From positions 664,056-728,055 of the forward strand of contig MU058669.1 in the NCBI GenBank assembly GCA_013265495.1: 64,000 nucleotides of DNA, written 5' to 3'. The stretch is from Vicugna vicugna (Eukaryota). The translations under genes and the position numbers were made by a program. The notes beneath the pieces were generated by a model, which saw nothing but the letters and a program-made list of their open reading frames with translations, was not told where the DNA came from and searched no databases. This document shows positions 12,800 through 26,519 of this stretch, in pieces; the stretch's first letter is position 1; each line of letters begins with the position of its first letter.

Positions 12800-14340
12800 T
12801 CATAGGTAAACAGTATGTCTTTTAAACAACTCTACTTAGATTTTGCTTTTTTATCCAGTCTGACAATGTATGTCTTTTAATTGAAATAGTCAGTTTACAT
12901 TTAATTACTAAGATAGCTGAGTTTAATTATATGAGCTTGCCATTTGTTTTCTATTTGATTTATCTTTGTTCTTTTTTTGGGGGGGATTAATCAATTATTT
13001 TTATTATTACATTATTTTCTTTCCTGTTAGCTTTTTAATTAGACATTGCCTTATTATTCCTTTACTGGTTTCCCAGAACTACATTATACTTCCTGGATTT
13101 ATCATAGACTCCCTTCGATTAGGGACCTAACAACAGTGTAACTCCATTTACCCCCTTTACCTTTTGTGCTCTTGTTGTTATATATTTTAAATCTACACTC
13201 GTTTTATTTTCTGTAAGCCAGGAAGTCTACATGTGTTTTTTAAACCCACAAGAGAACCCACTAATCCTGTGTTCTCCTTTTTCTTATCTTCAACTAAACC
13301 TTTGTTTCAAATTCTACTACCAATTATGGTATTTTCAGTTCTAAAATTTTCATTTGATTTTTAAAATAGATGCCAGGTCTTTGGTGAATATATGTTTATT
13401 TATTATTTGAACATATTAATCATTGTTACTTTGAAGTTCCTTTTTGATACCTTTACTAACTGACTCATCTGTGGGGCTATTTCTACTGACCCATTTCTTT
13501 TGATTTTTAAGTTATTTGGTCCTGTTTTTTTTCCTTCTTCTTCTTTTAATTTTTTTAGCTTGCCTTATAATTTTTTTAAATGGATGTTGTGGATAAAAAA
13601 TTGTAAAAGTTCTCGATGAAGTTATCCTCTTCCAAAGTGGTCAGTTTTTCTCCTACCAAGCAGACAGTCTTGGTGAGTCAGCTTGATCTTGTCATAGGCT
13701 TTCTTCTGATTGGCCTATTTCAATTTTGTCCGTACCTCTGGGGTGTGGCTCTTTTCCTAGGATATGACCCTCGTGGTACCTTAGGATCTTTACAAAGGCT
13801 TGTTCACTTTGATGGGACTTAAACTTTGAAGTCCACCTTTTCAGCATTATATGACGGCTGAAATATTTGCTCATATTTTTAGGCTTCAATTTTTTTTTCT
13901 TTTTCTTTTCCTACTGGTTGCCTGAGAGTCTTTCTTTACATAGCACATCTTAGCATATGATCAATAATTTGAGAGGAATATATGCCCAGTGCCCAGATTC
14001 TATTTTCTCTGCCATTTTGCCTTCAAATCCTGGCTGCTTTGTGAATCCTGAATACTGACTTGAGTCTCTTCAGCCCAGTAAGGCTACCATTTTCTTCTTG
14101 GGCTCTTTTTACCTACACTACAATTTGGGAAATGCTCTCAAAGAAGAGAGCCAGAACAAATAGCCCTTTCTAGAATCTCTCCACAATCATAGCCCCCACG
14201 CCCCACCATGTTCTGCCTGCACTGATTATTCTAAGATAGCTTCAAACATTTTTTACATATTTTGTGCAGCTTTTATATTTTTATTTGGCAGGGGAGCTAG
14301 TCCAGTAGAAGCTACTCTATCATGGTAGGGCTTGAAAGTC
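12800..14340 (-). mobile_element. Ancient L1 (L1M/HAL1-like) 5' region remnant
   Basis: T-rich; resembles 33170-34078 in composition and terminal motifs; boundaries approximate. Confidence 0.45.
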
Positions 14341-15429
14341 TTTTTATCTTAGCTTTAAGTGAAGAAATTGAAGCTTAGAAAAGTTACGTAAATTGTCCAA
14401 GGTCAAATAGCTTATAAATGGCAGAGCTGGGACTTAAATCTAGGTCTTTCTGACTCCCAACCTATGTTCTTATCCACTATACTTACTACGTCCTTATCAT
14501 AAAAGCAACTATGTATTGTGTGCCTGTTAGGCTCCAGGCAGTGTTAGTTGCTTTCCAAACAATATCTTTTCTTGATAAAAATCCTATCAAAGAGAAAGTG
14601 TTATCTCTACTTTACAGATGTGGGAACTAAACTCAAGAGTTCAAGTCTCCTTTTCAAGGGTATTGAGAACGTAAATGGCGATGCATGAGTTTGACTCCAG
14701 CTCTGTACCATCCACCAACCTCACACTAGAAATTAATTGTTAGATGCATGAACTTGGCCAATCACTTCTCTAAGTCCTCATGTTCTAATTTGTAAATATG
14801 AATATCAATTAGTGTTATTTGACTTGCAAAGGATGTCATGGGTGGGAAGACAAAGTAAAGGTGCCTGGCATTCATAGACTTGAGTACTAACTGGTAGACA
14901 CTTCTTCAGCTCATGCTCTGCAATGTTGCTGATTCAAATGGAGGAGCCCAATGAGGGCCCAGAAATACTGAAACTCCATGATCATGTCTGGTGATGTTGC
15001 TTTTAGTGATCACCAATAAGTTAGAACAAAATTTTGAAATATGTTTTTTAAACATTGTTAGAGAGATGAAGACCACAGGCCTGAGATTATCATAGTATAA
15101 TATAAATGAATAGATCATTTGCTATATTAAACATAGACAAGCACTAAGACACATGGCACAGCCACTCTTGTATTGGGTGTCCAGGAAAGGTGGGAAGAAC
15201 TTTCAGAGGTCAGTTTCTGTAGTTGGTCTGCCTGAATTAAAGCCTAGCTCTATTGTTTACTGACCAGGTGATCTTTGGCAAGTTACTCACCCTTTAAAGC
15301 CTTTCCTCATTTGTAAAATGGAGATAGTAATTAATAGGATTCTTGTAAGGAATTTATCCAAATGAATATTTAACACAGTGCCTTCCTCAATACGGACTTT
15401 CTATAATGCATGTTATCAATTAAAAATTG

Positions 15430-16150
15430 ATGCTGGAGATGGTGTAGAGAAAAGGGAAACCTCCTACACTGTTGGTAGGAATGTAAATTGGTGCATCCAC
15501 TATGGGGAACAGTATGGAGTTTCCTTTAAAAACTAAAAACAGAGTTACTATGTGATTCAGCAATATAATTCCTGGGTATATCTGGATAAGAATGATAACT
15601 CTAATTCAAAAAGACACATGCACCCCAGTGTTCATGTGCAGCACTGTTTACAGTAGCCAACACATAGAAACAACCTAAATGTCCATCAAAAGATGAATGT
15701 GTGTGTGTACACCACATCTTCTTTATACGCACACACATACACACACAGTGGAATATTACTCAACCATAAAAAGGATGGAATAATGCCATTTGCAGCAACA
15801 TGGATGGACCTAGAGGTTATCACACTTAGTAAGTCAGACAGAGAAAGACAAATACATAATATCTCTTATATGTGGAATCTAAAAAAATGGCACAAATGAA
15901 CTTATTTATAAAACAGAAAAGACTCACAGACATGGAAAACAAACTTATGGTTACTAAAAAACAATACACACTGCTATATATAAAACTGATAAACAATAAG
16001 GACCTGTATAGCACAGGGAAATATATTCAACATCTCATAATAACCTATAATGGAAAAGAGTCTGAAAAAGAATATATATGCATAACTGAATCACTTTGGT
16101 GTACATCTAAAACACACAATGTTGAAAATCAACTGAAAAATTAAAAAAAA
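15430..16150 (+). mobile_element. L1 3' end (ORF2 C-terminus + 3' UTR)
   Basis: tgctggagatggtgtagagaaaagggaaacctcctacactgttgg; ORF-track peptide MPFAATWMDLEVITLS. Confidence 0.88.
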
Positions 16151-17360
16151 CCCAACCCCAAATTGTTATTACTGAAAATTTTTGGAGGATGACAGAATTT
16201 GGTGTGAAGAGGCACAGAGAAGCATTCTGGGAGGTGAAATTGTTTGTTGGAAGACAAAAGCCCATTCTCCAGAGTGCTAATCAGAAATGGGCAGGAGAAG
16301 GAGTAGCTAGACCTGGATAGTTTATGCCCACAATTTGGAAAAGTCTGTGGTCCCTTCTTTGGATTTGGCACCAGTCTCCAATCTCTTTGCTAAGCTCAGT
16401 TTTATCACCTAAGGATACGAGAGTTGATGAAGAAAAAGCAAGTAAAATAGGTAAAGTTACTTTTCCCTAAGATTTTCACCATTTCTTGTCTGTTTCTCAT
16501 GGGCTTATATACGAACCTTCAGAATTTTAAGTTCTTTATCTCCTTGCCTTTCCTCTGGCATTCCCATAGAATTAAGAGTTGCCTCTTCTGGGGAGTTAGG
16601 TTCACTTGTCTGTAGGGTAAAGTTTTATTATCAGTTACAAGTCTAACTCAATTTATTCGTCCTTCTGGGTCATAGAGTGGCCATCAAAAATGTCCATCCC
16701 CGCATTCCCATTATGCTTAAAACTTCTTGAGTGACACTGGGCAACTTCAGTGTCTCCTAGTGTTGACGTTCTCCTCTTCTCCCCACCCCATGACTCGGGG
16801 GCTAGCTGTGCTGCCATCTGCGGTGGCTCAGACCTCTGGTCCAGGTGTCCTCAGGAGTAAGTCAGGGCACAGCCGACGTCCCGTGCTTGTGAGAAGCTGA
16901 GAAAAATCAGTGGGGCTCACTATTAGGGCATTTGCTTCCCCATGTCCTCCTCTAATCCTAAAAGTGGTGCATTTCAATTTAAAGAGCTTTTCCTCCTAGT
17001 ATTTTTACAGGCCAGTGGCCGGGGGTGCGTGGGGACGGGTAAAAGTTAAAGTCCATTCATGAGCAGTTGTGTTGTGAGGTATGGAGAGTTAACAGTGGTG
17101 ATCTGGTGCCAGGGGCTCTATGCCACCTCCTCCCGTCCCGAGCCTCTGTGGGTGACATTGACAGGGTTCAGGCCTTTTCCTGGGTTCAAAATCTGGCAGA
17201 GTAGCTGATAACCCCAGGTTCAGGCCAACATAACAAGACTTTTGAGAGACATGATATTAAAAATAAAAAACAGATTGAGTCATGATTCTGTTAGAAGCAG
17301 AAATATTAGAAGAATAAGCCAAAAGACCAAGAATCTCAAATTAGCCTAAAAAAAGATCAG

Positions 17361-17447
17361 TACGGAGGGTGGATATGGTAGAGTGCATGGTTAGCATGAT
17401 GCAAGGTCCTGGGTTCAATCTGCAGTACCTCCATGGAGAAAAAAAAG
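17361..17447 (+). mobile_element. Short tRNA-derived SINE (camelid vic-1-like), degenerate
   Basis: ggtagagtgcatggttagcatg...ggtcctgggttcaatc (B-box)...cagtacctcc followed by an A tail; flanking direct repeat agatcag. Confidence 0.75.
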
Positions 17448-17459
17448 AGATCAGGATAA

Positions 17460-18340
17460 ATATTAAGAGTATGAAATAAAAACAACCAATCACAAAAGTA
17501 ATCAAGCAGAAATCTTTCTGTATGTAAAATATTACCAGTTGGGGAAATTGAGCCAGGTCTACAGCATCATTCTTTATTATTTCTTACAACTGTGTATTTA
17601 CAGTTATCTCAATAAAATTTTCAATTAAAAAGAGAACTATCTCATATTGAAGGGGTATACGGAGTACCAAAGAAGAAAAAAGAATATTGCAATAATGTTT
17701 AAGAATATCAAAGACAAAGATAAATTCTAAAGTTTTCAGACAAGAAGAGATCACATGCAAAGGAATTCATATAAGACAGACTTTTCAATAGAATCCTGGT
17801 TGCAGGAAGACCATTGAATATTTTCAACTTTTTTAAGATAGAGAAAGAGAATGAAAGCGTATGTCTTTAGTAGCCCAGAATTAAAGTCTAGGTAATGTCA
17901 GTATGATCAAATAGCCTGAGAATGTGCTAAATTCCTAATTTTATATTATATTAGAATTCAAAATAAGTAAGAATTGAAAAGAAATTTAGGAAAAGAGGAG
18001 AAAAGAAATGATAAATTAAGACGGTAGAAACAGCTCCAAATGTAGGATAACCACAGCTAGTGTAAATAGACCAAATTTGCCAGTTCAAGGTTAAAGATGG
18101 ACAGATTGGATTTAAAAAATGTACAAGATCTGCACTTAAATCATAATAGCATGCACAGGTTGAAAGTAAGAGAATAAAGTTAAAAAAATACATAATGAAC
18201 AAAGACTAACCAAAGAATGCTGATAAAACTATATTAATATCAGACTTTAAACAGTAGCATTATATAGGATTATGTTATAAGCAATACCAAAATGGGAAAA
18301 TATACTGGGGTTGAAGAAAGGCACTACAGAATGGTGAAAG
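17460..18340 (+). mobile_element. Ancient L1 ORF1/ORF2-junction remnant
   Basis: A-rich, with decayed endonuclease-like motifs (ggttgaaagtaagagaat, tattaatatcagac). Confidence 0.5.
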
Positions 18341-18745
18341 ATTCAATTAGAAAAGAGGAAGGTCGTTCCATGCAGAGGAAGCAGCGTAACGTAAGCACTG
18401 GGGCGGAGAAGTTTGGTATGTGCTAGTGGACATGCAGTTGTTAATGAGAGCCTAACAGAACGGAGGGAGTGGGAATGGAAAAAAATGGAATGAATCTGAT
18501 GAATCTTTTGGAACTAGAATTGATCTGATGGCATATCAAGGAGGATAACACTCAGCACTCTCCCTGTCGTTTAATAAGCACATAATAAAGGGAACCTGCT
18601 GTTTCTATGTCTGATCATGGGGCAGGAGGAGACTTCAAACTTGGTAATGATGGATGCTAATAGCATTTCCTGAGATGACCTGGCAAAAGGAGGTTTGTGC
18701 AGTGATTATAAATTGAGATTGTTTCAGCTATGTTACGTTTTGGAC

Positions 18746-19196
18746 CAGTCAGTTCTGTTATGATGGGACATGTGTCGCATGTGACGTGCAAAAATGGTAG
18801 CATAGTTTTATACATGTTAAATGGTTGAGAAATGCATATAAACTGCAGTAAATATGGCTCTTTACCTTGCTAAATACCTGAACTTTTGCTTGTGGAGACA
18901 GGCATCAGAAAGATTGCATTTGTGAATGTTGGTGAAGTGAAAACAGGATTGTCTGATTGGAGGACAGTTGTAACACATCCATGTGGGTGGATGTGGCTCA
19001 TCATGCATTTGATGAACTGAGGCAGCTGATAGATGTGTGAGTGATTTCGTGTGTGTGTTTTGTTTCTTGTAGAGGGGATTATACATGAGCAAATGTAAAA
19101 TTTGCATTATGCTCAAATATGTACCAAATACCCTAATATATCTATCATACTGCAGCAAATTGGTTTTCAAAGCAAGTGTTACAGCTGAACTGACTG
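18746..19196. mobile_element. TcMar-Tigger DNA transposon remnant
   Basis: TIRs cagtcagttc (18746-18755) / gaactgactg (19187-19196), followed by TA. Confidence 0.75.
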
Positions 19197-19384
19197 TACC
19201 TATGGGACATTGAGAGGAAATTAAGGCAGAGGTAAGGTAGTCCAAAAGCCTTTATATAATGTACTTCTCTCTTTTTTTAATTTGCTTATTCTTTTTTTTA
19301 ATTGAATGTAAGATACTTTAGTCTATAGTGCTTTACAATTTTCAAAAGTTTCACATGCATGATTTCATAAAAATCCCACAATAA

Positions 19385-19790
19385 TCCTTTTTTTCTTATC
19401 TCCTGTCCCACCGTTGCCCTCCCCCATTCCCTCTCCCCACTGATCACTAGTTTGTTCTCTATATCTATGAGTCTGCTTCTTTTTTGTTTTATTTACTAGT
19501 TTGTAGTATTTTTCAGATTCCACATATACAGGATATCATAAGTATTTGTCTTTTCTGTCTGACTTATTTCAATTAGCATAATGCCCTCCAAGTCCATCTA
19601 TGTTGCTACAAATGGCAAAATGTCATTCCTTTTTATGGCTGACTAGTATTTCTCTCTGTATGTGTATGTGTGTGTGTGTGTGTGTGTGTACATACCACAT
19701 TTTCTTTATCCTTTCATCTGTTGAACACTTAGGTTGCTTCCACACCTTGGCAATTATAAATAATTGTAAATAATGTATGAACATTGAGGA
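19385..19790 (-). mobile_element. L1 3' fragment with (TG)n microsatellite (~19658-19688)
   Basis: agattccacatata...caagtccatctatgttgctacaaatggc motif. Confidence 0.8.
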
Positions 19791-22700
19791 ACAATGCACT
19801 TCTCAATCAGCAATATCATCTTTAGGTATTTAACTGAAGGAAATATTAAGAGATGTTGGCCATGAATAAATAAAAAGTTTTTTAGAATAGTAAAAAATTT
19901 TAAACAAAGTTAAGGCCAACAATATGGAATTGGTAAAATAAATTATGGTCATCCATTAATGAAATGGATGAGATTTATAAAAATCTCATCAATCGTACTG
20001 ATGAGAAAATATTTGTGATATGTTACCAAAATTTGAAATGATCATATTTCACAAGGCTCTTTATAGAATAGCGTTTTGTAAAACCTATAAATATGTATGT
20101 ATATAGGACAAATGCTAAAAAGACATACTTGAACATTATCTCTGGACAGTGAGTTTATAAATGTTTTATCTTTGTCCTTTTTTGGTGTTTTTCTAGTATT
20201 TCAGCAGTGAATTTGTATTTTTTTAAAAAAGACAACTCGTTGGCTCATTCATACTAAAAAGCACAGCTTGGCTTAATTCAGGGATGCATCTGGTGTCTCC
20301 AGGACCCATCTTTCAGCTCAGCTTCCCCAGAGTGCCTTCATGGTCGGAGTCCCCTTCCATACTTTTCTGGGAATTGGAAGAAGGTTCCTGGCTCACGTCT
20401 AGAAGAAGAAAGCCTGTGTATATTTTTATGATTAAAAGAAAATACACTTGATTTTTAAAAGAATGAATAAGGTGTTATTGATGGAGCAAAGTCCTAGAAG
20501 TCAAAGACAGGAGTGTGGCCAGGGCACCTGGAGAAGAGCTAGCCTGGGATAGCAGGAGACTCACACACATTTTCTTTCCCCTTTAGCAAAAGGATTTCTC
20601 TGTGTGAATATGGATAGATTGCTGTGTATCCTCCCAGCTCTAATAGTCTCTGGTCACCAGAGATGGGTTACACCTCATTCCACCCCAGCCTGCTTACCAT
20701 TCTAGTCAGGGATGTGTTTGGTATCATTAATCGAAATCACTTTTTCTGGAAAACAGAATACATTGGATTTTTTTTTTGGTGTGTTTAACCTTTTGGGCAC
20801 ATCAACTGGACATTATTTTTCAGCCACCAGAATGCTGTTACGTTAAATCTACCCTCAGGCTTCTCCAGCAGGATGATCTGGAGTTGCTGTTACACATATG
20901 TATAAATTATATGTCAAAACTGGTAAATTCTATAACTTATTTATTTGACAACATAATGTGACAGAATTTATGTTACCTGCAGAGTTGCTATGATGATCTG
21001 CAGTAGGGAATGAACCATGTCTAAATCATGAGGAAGGATGGAGGAATGCCATGTGTGGGAAGCGGCACTTCGGAGCCTGGAATTCTGAATCAAATATGGT
21101 GACATCCGAGGGTTCAGCATTTGCTAATAATTCAGAAAGCCTTTCAACATTGTGTTGAGTATCCATTGACATCAACTTAGCTTTATTTATTATTATTTAT
21201 TTTCCATGTCCTAGAACACGGAAAGGAAAGAAGGTGGTCTGGTGGGTACACAGTATAGACCTAGATGGAATGAGGTTTAACTGAGTCGTTGTTCATGTGT
21301 TAAGAGGGCAAGGTCATGGCAGGCAGATCACTGCTGTGACTCACATGGTTGGTGGACCATCTGTACCTTATTCTGACTTACTGAGGTTTTAAGATACAGA
21401 TGTTTGGTCTCCAAGATCTACTGAGTCGGAATCTCTGGGGCTCAGGACTTTAAATGTGCTTTCTCCTCCTTCCTTCTCTTTATGTATGCTGATGTATGAG
21501 AAGTGTTGGCAGATGGTGTCCAGAGGATGCTTCCTGGAGGTGAGATACGGGAACTGAGCTTGGTATTGGAAGATGGAGAGGAGCAGGGAGGGCTTTCTGG
21601 GTGGGAGGAGAGCCAGACACAAAGGCGGAGAGGCATGGAAGCAAGACGCACTCTGTGGGTGGTGGGAAAAGCAATACAGATGGAACAAATGTTATCAGTT
21701 GGGGAATACAGAAAAGACTGAAAAGTCATTTAGATATGGAAGTGAAAACCTAGCAATTCTGTACTTTTTTTCCATTTGTTGGATGATATAGATAGAAAAT
21801 TTGACATTTACATGCACAACAAAATGTCATAACCATGTGTGGATTTTGATACCACCTCCCAACTCACCCCCTACCCAGCAGACACAAAACTCACATTTTC
21901 AAGGAAGTCAAGCAAATATTGGCATACTCTTTTTTATTCTGGTATTTGTAAACAAATTTAACAAGCCTGCAACAACAAAATGAAACACTGAAAGTTCTTA
22001 AAACATTGCAGTTTATAAGGAAAATAAATAAACTGATTAAGGAAAATAAGTTGGCTAATCTTTTCACAGTTAAATTTCATCTTAGGAAAAGAGTTTGGGG
22101 TTTAGATATCCACCCTGCTTACATAGAAGTGAGAATATTTCATGAAAAAATAGGCATAAATAAATTCTGTTACATTATGTTGTTAAACAAAAAAGTCATA
22201 GAATTTGTGAGTTTTGACATATAATTTATATGTATATGTTACAGCAAATTTTGCTTCTATTATCAGTTTGCATTTGATATAGTAATAGCTTTGTTGATGC
22301 TTTGGGTGTTTCTTATAGTATTCTTAATCATGTGCAATGAGGAGAGAAAGAAAATGTTCATTCTTCTGTCATCTTTCTCTGCTGTTTTCCATATTTAAAA
22401 TTAGCTGACCTCCTCAGTGTTCAGGAGGAGTGTCAGCTGTTGGAAAACCCATGAATCTCCTGGCTGTGCCTGTGACATAGAGATGCTGGCATGAGAAGCA
22501 GCTCCGCTATGGCTACACCTGCATGATGCTCTTAGGAGTTTTGATTTGATGCTCATGTTCAAAGCTATAGTGAGTTTTCACTGTCACTGGCAGCCTGATG
22601 GGGATGACATGTCCTTCTGATCATTTAGTGAGCTGGCTTTGGCAAATCTTTCACCTGCATTGGCCTTTGACTTCTCTCATTTCCTATATTTTAAAGCATC

Positions 22701-24454
22701 CTCTCATAAACACTCAAATTTGGCAACAGTTCATCGGGTCATCACTACCAGATGAGGGTGCCAAACAGAGATTTAATAATATGGTTTAACCTGGCAGTGA
22801 AACTCTACAAAATGGAAGTCCCTGTAAACTCAACTTCATACCACTTCAGTAACTCATACTTGTAGCAAAATGAAGAGCACAGGTAAAAAGCCATGAGTCA
22901 TATACAGTCCCCACTTTGCTGGCTGAAAAAATCCACCCATTTTCCCCCTAACTTGAGAAATTGTATCAGGATGAGTCAATGACAGTGACTTGCTTTATTA
23001 AAGGACATCTTTGAATTTAATCTAATACATGGAAAGAATATATTGTTGGCAATCTCCAGTAGCTTAAATGTTTTTCATATTATGATACTTAGTGTTAAAC
23101 CTGACAGTTGATGGAAACTTCCCACAGAGTGGTGGTGGTTGGCAGTGGGGGGTTCCCTGCAGGAGTGTGACATGATGAAGCTGAGGTATAATCTTCGGAT
23201 GTGCAGGATGGAGTGGGGGTGTGGCTGGAGCGGGGAGGTCCTTGAGAAGATCATTTAATAACCCAGGGGAAAAATGATGTAGGCTGTCTCGGCTCTCAGG
23301 AGTAGGGCTTGGGAAGAGGAGTTGTCCGAGAGAGACTAAGTGGCAAGTAGTCTTTGGGGGAGACCAGTAGGAGGACACATATGGCATCTGTAAGAGAGGA
23401 ATATTTTCCTGCGACATCCTGTCTCCGAGGAAGGTAAAAAGAACAAATCGGGGCAGTAATATGCTCTGTGTGGCAGCAAATAGTCGGGTTACCCTGGGGA
23501 GAGACATGAAAAACCTGTTTGCAGGGACTACAAGTCATTTCCATCTCCCTGGGCTGAGCGAAAGCCCCAGCTATGTGATTTCTTAGCCAATTATGGGAAC
23601 TTGCACAACAAATGCAGTGCATTTAATGCAAGGCCACAAATCTGGGGCAACTTTATGTTTTGAAGATTTTCTTATTTCATCTGCGATTTTTTTTTCTTAA
23701 CGGTTCTCACTTACGGGGACGTATGGTGGTGTCAAGTCAGACTCTGAGCATCTTCCTCTAGCATTTCTGTCTCCATCCTGCTTCCTGAGAGGCATGTACT
23801 GAACAACTTGGTGGATTTCTATCAGGGCCCTGCAGTCAGAGCACTCAGCCGGGCCTCAAAGTAGGTGGGGCTGGGGAAGGCAGTATGGATGCCCAGCAGT
23901 GGACTTCTTAATTGGCTATTTGTCCTTCCAGGAAAGGAGTCTGGCCTGAGGTTTGGAGTCCCTTTATGTAAAGAGAAGTTGACCATGAACAACTGGACAC
24001 ATGGTAAAAAGCCACTGAAAATCTCTAAAAGATTTGCTCCAAGGGTCTTCACCATTACTTAATTTCTCCTTTTCCCCAGTAATTCTTTGGGTCTCTTATC
24101 TTGAACTATGAGTATGGTGGCTCATGCCTCTCCCGCCAGGCTCTGCTGACAGATTTCATTCTAGTAGTCATTTACCCAGATTGTCTGACCACCAGAATAT
24201 CCACAGGTCTGACTCCTAATGTTTTCAGCCAGCATGGAAGAGTTTGCCCCTCCACCAGCAGGGAGGAAGGAGATCCCTCTTTATTCTCTTCTCTAAATTT
24301 CCTCCTTCTAAAGTAATAATAATAATAGTAAAAAGAATTGAAGTAACTTTCTAAAACTATATACAAGGAGAATAATAAGACAGGAAGGACCTGTCTTCAT
24401 ATCCAGGTAGTAGTGGGGATAGGGATGTTACTGTCCAGGCCAGATGTCTTGGGT

Positions 24455-24937
24455 GAGCACCCCAAAGATATGTTCACCTCCTAATTCCTGGAACCTGTAA
24501 ATGTTCCTTTATTTGAAAAAGACAAAACAAAACTCTTTGCAGATGTTACTAAGGTAAAGATCTTGAGATGAGGAAATCATCTTGGAATATATGGGTGGCC
24601 TCAAGTCCGATCACAAGCGTCCAGACAAAAATGGTGCAGAGTTGAGATTTCATATACATGAAGGAAGAGGTGGCAACGTGGCCACAGAGGCAAAGGCTGA
24701 AATGAGGGACCACAAGCTTAGGAGTGTTGACAACAGCCCCCAGGAATTGGGGGAAAAAACGGAATGGATTCTTCCCTAAAGCCTCTGGAGAGAATGTGGC
24801 CCCACTAACACTTGATTTCTATTAAGTGAAATGGATTTCAGACTTCTGGCCTCTAGGACTTTAAGAGAATAGATGTTTATTGTTGAAAGCCATCAGTTTG
24901 TTGTAATTTGTTACAGCAGCCACAGGAAATGAGTGCA
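24455..24937 (+). mobile_element. MLT1C/D-type MaLR LTR
   Basis: cctaattcctggaacctgtaaatgtt, ctttgcagatgt, ttgtaatttgttacagcagccacaggaaa motifs. Confidence 0.75.
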
Positions 24938-26519
24938 GTTACAGAGCTGTTCTTTCCTGCACTTGACTGTATTAAAGATCCTGATCCCTAAGTGTGGCAT
25001 GTAACACACAGAGAGTTGGGGGCCTGTGCACTACAGGAGGGAAAGCCCTTTTCATCTCTAAGAACATCTTTTTCCTAGCAGCAGGGGCCAGCAAAAGATT
25101 TCCTTAGGTTTTGCTCACCAAGTGAGGGCTCATTCAGAAGCAAGGACGTAGGGCAGCAAGAGAGATGCATTTGCGAACACACCACATCTACCCAAAGTCT
25201 TTTTCCAGGTGGAAAGTCCATGGAAATAGTTTGGAAGGGGTCTCGTGTAGACTGGCTAGTGCTTTTTCCTGGGTCTGAATTTTCCCACCTGTAGAGTGAA
25301 AGATTTGCATTAGAGAACTGTAATTCTCCAGCAGTAGAAAATTTAAAATGTCAGATCTAAAAGGGATATGGTTAAGTCACATTGTCCATCCCAGCTGTTT
25401 CATAGATCAGAAGAATGGGGCTCAGATTACAGAAGTGACTTGTCCAAAGCCACTCGGCAAGCTGTTGGTGAAGCTAGGATTAGAATCTAGAATTTGGGGC
25501 TTCTGGTCCGCTTCTCCACTATCTTGCGGATTTTTGAAAGGATTGATTGCTGGGTGGATTTCAGGGTTCTGTAAACCCCCTGAATTTATATGACAACATT
25601 TTGTGAATGTCTATACATTTTCTTTTAAAAAAAGAAAATCTTTAATGTGATGCCCAAAAGTGCTTAAGGACTTTGCAAAAAAAAATCTATCAGTTAATTC
25701 AACAAAGATTTGTTGTGCCTCTGCTGTATGTCAGACCCTCTTCTGGGCACTTAGAATGGAGCAGTAGACAGAGCAGCAGAAGTCCCTGCTTTCAAGGAGT
25801 TTATATCTTATAGATGGGGGTAAGAGACACAATGAATAAAATATATTGTGTATCAAGTGATGATGGATGTATGAATAAAAATAGAGCAGGAACAGGGAGT
25901 CCAGGGGACCACTTCCGGTTTAACTTGAATTGAGGTTAAATCTTCCCCACGAGTGCCCAGACTCCTTGCCCTGAAGATCAGGGGCACAGCACAGTGGAGG
26001 GACATGGCATGCTGTGCTCTGGCCGTTTCACACGGGGGCAGCTAGAGGCAGAGGCGGTGTCCTCAAAAAGCCGCTGATCCTGTTCACTTGATCATTTTCA
26101 GGGATGCCTGTGCCAGGAAAGGAGCAATTCTTTGTCCTGAGCCTCCTGAGGCTGGTTACTGGGCTGTCATCACTTACAGGGGGCCCCATGCTGTCTCCTG
26201 CCCGAGGTGGTGATGGTTTCTGCATCAGCATTATTTATGACCTACTGCATCCCTGCCTCCCAGGGAGGCGAGGAAGACAGGGCAGGCAGGGAGGCAGGAG
26301 CAGCAGCTGATGGAGGTTCTGTGCTTGAGGATAAATAGAGGATAACATTTTAGTGTTGGTGCTGCTTCTTTTTCAAAGCATTTTGAGTGTGATTTGATCT
26401 TCACATGTTTCCTAGAGACATGACAAGTGCAGTTAATCCCATTTGAAAGATGTATCATCCAACACACCATCGAGGTGTGGGGTCATATAGCAGGTTAGAA
26501 GCAAGGCCAAGTATAAACA

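Noticed and set aside
16812..16826. CTCF-like tgccatctgcggtgg
   Set aside because: Mismatches at conserved core positions; too weak without a PWM or ChIP data.
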